This document shows, piece after piece, positions 7,820-12,711 of a stretch of DNA of 12,711 bases. Source of the stretch: Archangiaceae bacterium (lineage in GTDB: Bacteria; Myxococcota; Myxococcia; Myxococcales; Myxococcaceae); NCBI GenBank assembly GCA_043750125.1, contig JAYVCD010000048.1:1-12711 (forward strand), in the 5' to 3' direction. Both the position numbers and the translations under genes were made by a program. A model generated the notes under the pieces. It had not been told where the DNA came from. It saw only the letters and a list, made by a program, of their open reading frames with translations, and did not search any database. Every line of letters starts with the position of its first letter. Position 1 is the first letter of the stretch.

Positions 7820-8665
7820 GTGCTCATCGACACCTTGAAGCGGGGCCTTCGCTCGTGGACGTCCTCGATGATGGGGGACGGCGTGGAAGAGAAGATCTCG
7901 GCCCTGAGCCGTTCGGCCAACGAGTACGGGGTCGACCCGTTCGGCTTCTCGCTCGATTACTCACTGTCGGCGGTCGCTCCCATTCTCTGGTTGTTCAAGC
8001 ACTACCACCGGGTCGAAACCTTCGGGATTCAGAAGGTTCCCCGGGGAAGGGTGCTGCTGGTCTCGAACCATTCCGGTCAGCTTCCGATGGACGGAGCGAT
8101 GATCGGTGCGTCGATGCTGCTCGAGGCCAACCCGCCCCGCTCGATGCGGGCGATGGTCGAGAAGTGGATGCCGACGCTGCCCTGGGTGAGCACGTTCATG
8201 GCGCGGGTCGGTCAGATTGTCGGCACTCCCGAGAACTGTCGCCGGCTGCTCGAGAACGAAGAGGCGATTCTCGTCTTTCCCGAAGGCACCCGTGGCCTCA
8301 ACAAGCTGTGGCCCAAGCGCTACCAACTGCAGGAATTCGGCCTGGGCTTCATGCGGCTGGCGCTCGAGACCAATACGCCCATCGTCCCGGTGGCGGTGGT
8401 GGGGGCCGAAGAGCAGTCGCCCTCGATGATGAATCTGAAGCCGCTGGCGAAGCTGCTGGGGTTTCCCTCGTTTCCGGTGACTCCCACCGGGCTTCCGTTT
8501 CCCCTGCCCACCCGCTACCGGATCTACTTCGGCGACCCGCTGTTCTTCACCGGGCGCGAGGACGATGAAGACGCCGAGCTGGAAAAGAAGGTCAAGGTGG
8601 TGCGCGCGTCCATTCAGTCGATGCTCGACGCCGGGCTCAAGGCGCGAAAGCACGTGTTCTGGTGA
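7820..8665 (+). CDS. Lysophospholipid/glycerol acyltransferase (PlsC/LPLAT superfamily, 281 aa)
   Basis: Motif I NHSGQLPMD, motif III VFPEGTRG, GFMRLAL and PIVPVAVVG. N-terminal NEYGVDPFG. Confidence 0.93.
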   Translation: MLIDTLKRGLRSWTSSMMGDGVEEKISALSRSANEYGVDPFGFSLDYSLSAVAPILWLFKHYHRVETFGIQKVPRGRVLLVSNHSGQLPMDGAMIGASMLLEANPPRSMRAMVEKWMPTLPWVSTFMARVGQIVGTPENCRRLLENEEAILVFPEGTRGLNKLWPKRYQLQEFGLGFMRLALETNTPIVPVAVVGAEEQSPSMMNLKPLAKLLGFPSFPVTPTGLPFPLPTRYRIYFGDPLFFTGREDDEDAELEKKVKVVRASIQSMLDAGLKARKHVFW

Positions 8666-9600
8666 GCGAGAAAAACGAGCGCCCGGCGGTGGTCCTGACT
8701 GGGATCAGCGGCAACCTCGGGCGGTGCCTCACCAAGCTGCTCCACAAAGACGAGCGGATCATCGGAATCGATCGCCGTCCCTTCGTGGGCAAGCCGAAAG
8801 ACGTTGAGATGGTGCAGGCCGACCTTCGGAAGAAGAAGATTGAAGACGTCTTCCGCCGCAACGCGGTCAAGGCGGTGGTGCACATGGGAATTCTCCATGA
8901 CCCGCGGATGAGCGCCGAAGATCACCACAGCTTCAACGTGCTGGGCACCACCCGCATTCTCGACTGCGCCGCCCGCTTCGGAGTCAAGAAGCTGGTCGTC
9001 CTTTCCAGCGCCGACGTCTACGGACCCAGCCCCGAGAACAGCAACTTCCTCACCGAAGAGGCTCCGCTGATGGCGGCCAGCCGGTTTCCCAGCGTTCGAG
9101 ATCTGATCGAAGTCGACATGCTGGCCCACGGCTTTTTCTGGCGCCACCCCGCGGTCGAGACCGTCGTGCTGCGGCCGGTTCACATCGTGGGGCCGACGAT
9201 CAAGAACGCTCCCTCGAACTACCTGCGCAACCGACGGCCGTGGAAGCTGGCCGGCTTCGACCCGATGGTGCAGCTGATTCACATGGAAGATGTCGCCCGC
9301 GCGATGGTCGAGGCGCTCAAAGAAGGCCGCAAAGGCGTCTACAACGTCGTCGGCCCCGGAGCGGTCCCCCTTTCCGCGGTGTTCAAAGAGCTCGGCGCAA
9401 AGCCGCTGGCGATTCCCCACCCCCTGGCCCGCCCGATGTTGAGGGCGCTCTTCAAGTACCGGCTGGCCAGCTTCCCCCCCGAAGAGCTCGACCACATTCA
9501 GGTCCTCTGCATGGTCGACGGGGCGCGGTGGCAGCAAGAGACCCAATGGCAGGCCGCCCACTCGATGCGCGAGACGATTCGCTCCGTGTTGGGGGAGTAA
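8662..9600 (+). CDS. NAD-dependent epimerase/dehydratase family (extended SDR) protein (312 aa)
   Basis: Rossmann motif VLTGISGNLG, plus VVHMG, NVLGT, LSSADVYG, LRPVHIVGP, QLIHMEDVARA and GVYNV. GTGA overlap with the acyltransferase stop. Confidence 0.93.
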   Translation: MSEKNERPAVVLTGISGNLGRCLTKLLHKDERIIGIDRRPFVGKPKDVEMVQADLRKKKIEDVFRRNAVKAVVHMGILHDPRMSAEDHHSFNVLGTTRILDCAARFGVKKLVVLSSADVYGPSPENSNFLTEEAPLMAASRFPSVRDLIEVDMLAHGFFWRHPAVETVVLRPVHIVGPTIKNAPSNYLRNRRPWKLAGFDPMVQLIHMEDVARAMVEALKEGRKGVYNVVGPGAVPLSAVFKELGAKPLAIPHPLARPMLRALFKYRLASFPPEELDHIQVLCMVDGARWQQETQWQAAHSMRETIRSVLGE

Positions 9601-9692
9601 CTGACATCGCCGTCGTGGATGAGATCCACCTACATCGACGGTTTGTGCCGTCAACCGCCCTGAATCGTTGAGTTCGCTCGCCAGGTCCGTCG

Positions 9693-9708
9693 TGGCACCC
9701 CGATTGCT
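9693..9708 (+). promoter_or_regulatory. Sigma-54 (RpoN) -24/-12 promoter
   Basis: TGGCAC-CCCGA-TTGCT matches the consensus TGGCAC-N5-TTGC(A/T) with exact GG-N10-GC spacing, in intergenic DNA. Predicted +1 is near 9719. Confidence 0.8.
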
Positions 9709-9718
9709 CTAGTGGTGA

Positions 9719-9796
9719 CTCGGTAAGGGGGTTCCATTGGGGAACTCCCGACGCCCGTCGCCTCGGCCGGCCCCGAGACGACGGGCGGTTTTTTTT
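9719..9796 (+). ncRNA. Candidate sigma-54-dependent small RNA (~78 nt, two stem-loops)
   Basis: Lies between the sigma-54 promoter and an intrinsic terminator, with no ORF contained inside it. Hairpin 1 is GGGGGUUCC-AUUGG-GGAACUCCC (9727-9749) and hairpin 2 is the terminator. Confidence 0.6.
9752..9796 (+). terminator. Rho-independent terminator
   Basis: CGCCCGTCG-C-CTCGG / loop CCGGCC / CCGAG-A-CGACGGGCG forms a 14-bp stem with one C-A mismatch (9752-9787), followed by G and a T8 tract (9789-9796). Confidence 0.9.
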
Positions 9797-9813
9797 GTCC
9801 AATCGTCTTTTTG

Positions 9814-10230
9814 CTAGAGCTTCATCTCGCTCGCGAAAGGGCCGCCGTCCTGACTGTCCAGCTTCCAGGCTTTGTTCTTCCAGATCCAATTGCTGGTCAC
9901 GGTCGAGTCCTGCTCGGTCGCCGACGGCAGCCGGTACCACTTGATGTGCGAGACCGCGGCGGCCTTGAGCAGGTCTAAGGAAATCTTCGCGTCCTGCAGC
10001 TCGTAGTCGGTGATGAAGAGGTCCCGCTCGTCTTTCATCGTCTTGCGCGCTTGCAGGAAGGCGTCTTTTTTCTCAGGCACCAGCAGCTCGCCAATGGTCT
10101 GAAAGTCCTTCCACCGGGCCGCCTGGTGAAAAGCCTCGATGGTCGGCTTGAGCAAATCGATGTCGCCTTTCGGGACCGTCGCGCAACCTAAAAAACAGCT
10201 TGAGACAATGAGGAAGAGGGAACGCGTCAT
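9814..10230 (-). CDS. Small lipoprotein of unknown function (138 aa)
   Basis: ATG at 10230 is preferred over the track's 10248 start because it gives MTRSLFLIVSSCFLG|CATVP with an FLGC lipobox and has a -10-like TACCGT 8 nt upstream. Helices followed by strands ending in WIWKNKAWKL suggest an NTF2-like fold (inference). Confidence 0.85.
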   Translation of the reverse strand: MTRSLFLIVSSCFLGCATVPKGDIDLLKPTIEAFHQAARWKDFQTIGELLVPEKKDAFLQARKTMKDERDLFITDYELQDAKISLDLLKAAAVSHIKWYRLPSATEQDSTVTSNWIWKNKAWKLDSQDGGPFASEMKL

Positions 10231-10276
10231 GGCGCGGGACGGTAGCACCGGCGGTTGGTAAGGTCCGCGCCCTCAA
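10231..10276. promoter_or_regulatory. Compact divergent promoter region with back-to-back extended -10 elements
   Basis: Plus strand TG-G-TAAGGT (10256-10264) lies 12 nt before ATG 10277. Minus strand TG-C-TACCGT (10247-10239) lies 8 nt before ATG 10230. Confidence 0.55.
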
Positions 10277-12711
10277 ATGTCCAAGTCGGTGGTGGAGAAA
10301 TACTCACAGATTCTCGCTCAGGATCCTTCGTCGACGGTTTTCGTCGAGCTGGCCAAGGCGTTCGTCGACAAGGGCGATCACACCCGCGCGATCGAAGTGT
10401 GCCAGCAGGGCCTCTCGCACCACCCGAAGTCGGTCGTCGGCCGGGTGATGTGGGGCAAGGCGCTGATCAACCTCGGCAAGGCCAGCGAGGCGATGAACCA
10501 GTTCGACCTCGCGGTGAACATCGATCGCGACAACGCCCACGCCTACAACCTGATTGGCGAAGTGCTGCTGCGCAAAGGGCTGTACCGCAGTGCGCTTCCG
10601 ATCTTGCGCAAGGCCGCGACGCTGCAGCCGAACGATGGTCGGGTCAAGCAGTGGCTGGACCAGACCCGGGCCGCGTTGGCCGGAGGTCCCGCTCCGATTC
10701 TCGGCGAAGAGAGCGCGATCGCCGAGGCAGGCGGGGGGGTAGCGCTCGGAGACAGCGACGACGCGCAGGCTACGTCGATCATGGCGGTTCCCGCCGAGGT
10801 GAAGCGGCCCGGAGTGCGACCGAAGCGGCAAGACGACTCGGCGATGCCGACCGTGGTGACGAACGCCTATACCCCCGGGGTCAGCTCGCCCTTCGACATC
10901 TCGGGCACCACGGAACTGCCGGTGATCGTCGGAGAAATCGAGCCGAAGACCCAGGCGCACGACGTGGGTCGGGCCTCGGCGACCCAGGAACTTCCCGCCG
11001 CCCGCGCCCGGGCGGAAGTCACGGCCGATGATTCGGACCCTTTCGCCAGCGTGCCCCGGCGCACCGAGACAGGCGAAGACGTGATTCGCGGGCTGACCAG
11101 CACCTTCGACGCGCTCTCCAACGGCGAAGAGAATGATCCGTTCGCGTCCTTCGACCCGGCCGGCCGCGGCGCCGTCACCCAGGGCACCGGGGGAAGGCTC
11201 GAGTCCGAGGCGACGATCATTCCTTCCCACGACCTGCTGAAGAAGGCTGAGCTCTTCGGCGCGCCCCTGAACGAGACAGGCCTGCTCGAAGACGTGGAAT
11301 CGGTTGCCAACCCGATGCCGGCCTCGCCGCCGCGGGCGCAGCAGCAGAACTACGCCCCGCCGCCGTCGCGTGCGCCCCAGGCGGTGCCGAAGAAGAGCAC
11401 CGGGTTGCTGGACGAGATCCCGGATCTCCACGAGCAGAGCTCGGTGCTCGAGGTGCCGAAGGTCGAAATGAACACCCAGGCGACCGAGGCGATCGCCAAA
11501 GAATACGAGCGGGAACTGCGCGCCAAGCTCGCCGCCAAGACCTCGAAGAAGACGTTTCTTCAAAAGCACGGGGTGAAGATCGGCATGGCGCTCGGAGTGC
11601 TGGTGATCGTCGGCGGGCTGAGCAGCAGCTTTCTGCTCACCCGCCGCGTCTTCAATGGCAAGGACCTGCCGACGTCCCTGGGCGAAGGCCGGGCGTTTGC
11701 AAACGCCGACACCAAAGAAGCGTACGGCAACGCGCTCAAGTCGCTGGACGCGGCCGCCTCGATGGACTCCAGCAACGCCGAAGTCTGGGCTTTGACCGCG
11801 TACGCGAACGCGATGCTTTACGCCGAGCACACCCGGGCCCCGCAGAACAAGACCGCGGCGATTTCAGCGCTCAGCCGTTCGGGAGTGCGCGACGCCTACC
11901 CCGAGCTGGCGGTGCTGGTCGATTGGCTCGTCTCGGACGGCGCTCCCGAACGAAGGGCGCAGCTGATGGCCAGCGGGCTCGACAAAAGCGAAGTGCACGC
12001 CGAAGTGGGCCGGCTGCTGTTGGCCGAAGGAAAAATCGACGAAGCGTACAAGCGGCTCGAGCGGGCGGTGGCGCTGATGTCGACCAACGTGCGCGCGCTG
12101 GTCGCACTGGGCGAGTACTACGTCGCGTTCGAGGATTACGAGGCGGCGGTCAAGGTGCTCACCGACCGCGCGGCGAAGCTCTCGCCCAACCACCCGATGC
12201 GCACGCTCGCGCTGGCCCAGGCCCGGCTCGAGCTGGGGCGCGATCTGGGCGAATCGATGGTTGAAGTGGTCGCGCTGCCGCCCACCGAAGAGCTTCCTCT
12301 GGCTCAGCGCGCGCGCCGCGACCTGCTCCAGGGTCGGCTGCAGTCGGCGAATGGAAAGCACGAAGAGGCGCTGAAGGTGCTCACCGCGGGCCTTGGAATC
12401 TACAAAGACAAGGGCTTCGAGTTCGAGATGGCGCTGGGCGGTGCCTACCGGGCCGCAGGTCAAATGGACAAGGCGCAGAAGGCCTACGAAGCGGCCCTCA
12501 AGCGCACTCCGAAAAGCGAAGAGGCCAAAGAAGGGCTGGGACGGGTGCTGCTGGCCCGAAGCCGCGAGCGCGAGCTGATTGCCGACAAGCGGCTCGCGTC
12601 GGGCTCGGGGCGAAAGGTCTCGCTGGTGCGGGGCATCGCGTACTCGCGGCTGGGCGATTGGAAAAATGCCCGGGCCGAGCTGGCGCGCACCCAGGTCAAT
12701 GGAAAGTACCC
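10277..12711 (+). CDS. Large bitopic TPR protein (>811 aa), 3'-truncated by the window edge and absent from the ORF track
   Basis: Manual translation from ATG 10277 (MSKSVVEKYSQILAQDPSSTVFVELAKAFVDKGDHTRAIEVCQQGLSHHP...AYNLIGEVLLRKGLYRSALPILRKAATLQPND) stays open to the window end (...QVNGKY). It has N-terminal TPRs, an acidic/Pro-rich linker, a TM segment IGMALGVLVIVGGLSSSFLL (11579-11638) after a Lys-rich patch, then more TPRs (e.g. ALGGAYRAAGQMDKAQKAYEAALKRTP). Confidence 0.93.
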   Translation, partial: MSKSVVEKYSQILAQDPSSTVFVELAKAFVDKGDHTRAIEVCQQGLSHHPKSVVGRVMWGKALINLGKASEAMNQFDLAVNIDRDNAHAYNLIGEVLLRKGLYRSALPILRKAATLQPNDGRVKQWLDQTRAALAGGPAPILGEESAIAEAGGGVALGDSDDAQATSIMAVPAEVKRPGVRPKRQDDSAMPTVVTNAYTPGVSSPFDISGTTELPVIVGEIEPKTQAHDVGRASATQELPAARARAEVTADDSDPFASVPRRTETGEDVIRGLTSTFDALSNGEENDPFASFDPAGRGAVTQGTGGRLESEATIIPSHDLLKKAELFGAPLNETGLLEDVESVANPMPASPPRAQQQNYAPPPSRAPQAVPKKSTGLLDEIPDLHEQSSVLEVPKVEMNTQATEAIAKEYERELRAKLAAKTSKKTFLQKHGVKIGMALGVLVIVGGLSSSFLLTRRVFNGKDLPTSLGEGRAFANADTKEAYGNALKSLDAAASMDSSNAEVWALTAYANAMLYAEHTRAPQNKTAAISALSRSGVRDAYPELAVLVDWLVSDGAPERRAQLMASGLDKSEVHAEVGRLLLAEGKIDEAYKRLERAVALMSTNVRALVALGEYYVAFEDYEAAVKVLTDRAAKLSPNHPMRTLALAQARLELGRDLGESMVEVVALPPTEELPLAQRARRDLLQGRLQSANGKHEEALKVLTAGLGIYKDKGFEFEMALGGAYRAAGQMDKAQKAYEAALKRTPKSEEAKEGLGRVLLARSRERELIADKRLASGSGRKVSLVRGIAYSRLGDWKNARAELARTQVNGKY

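Noticed and set aside
5740-9654. Long alternative ORFs 5740-6879(+), 7501-8568(+), 7961-8653(-) and 8614-9654(-)
   Set aside because: They overlap better-supported genes in other frames or on the other strand, and carry no domain motifs.
9601-9813. tRNA, 6S, SRP RNA, riboswitch or CRISPR interpretation of the intergenic region
   Set aside because: No cloverleaf or T-loop, no recognisable family motif, no repeat-spacer periodicity, and no downstream same-strand gene for a riboswitch to control.
9737-9817. 26-aa ORF (TTG start after an AAGGGGG SD-like run) inside the candidate sRNA
   Set aside because: It runs through the terminator hairpin and T-tract, the SD-like run is sequestered in hairpin 1, and the peptide is simply a translation of the hairpin.
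10304-11830. 508-aa minus ORF, 258-aa plus ORF at 10255-11031 and 199-aa minus ORF at 11864-12463
   Set aside because: All overlap the TPR gene starting at 10277, which has coherent domains and G/C-ending codons.
10277-12711. Assigning a known motility gene name (e.g. sgmX, agmK, glt genes) to the TPR protein, or galE/plsC to the SDR/acyltransferase pair
   Set aside because: Only family-level features are visible, so orthology cannot be established without a search. The SDR also lacks the GalE catalytic residues.

Overview
GC-rich window that looks like myxobacterial (Myxococcota) chromosomal DNA, judged from gene content. From left to right it holds: a 5'-truncated multi-PAS sensor histidine kinase; a short junction containing a truncated signal-peptide ORF and a possible IS91-family transposase scrap; a small secreted coiled-coil protein; a 1286-aa Ser/Thr kinase-P-loop ATPase-helical repeat protein; a coupled minus-strand pair (Cys/Gly-rich lipoprotein-like protein plus TPR/Pro-rich membrane protein); a coupled acyltransferase and atypical SDR pair; a small lipoprotein; and a large bitopic TPR protein (10277 to the window end) that the ORF track missed. 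The most notable unannotated signal is in the 9601-9813 intergenic region. A consensus sigma-54 promoter, two upstream dyads, a hairpin and a strong intrinsic terminator together define a candidate ~80-nt sigma-54-dependent small RNA. Most gene starts also appear leaderless or nearly so. All calls come from reading motifs by eye; no database searches were run.
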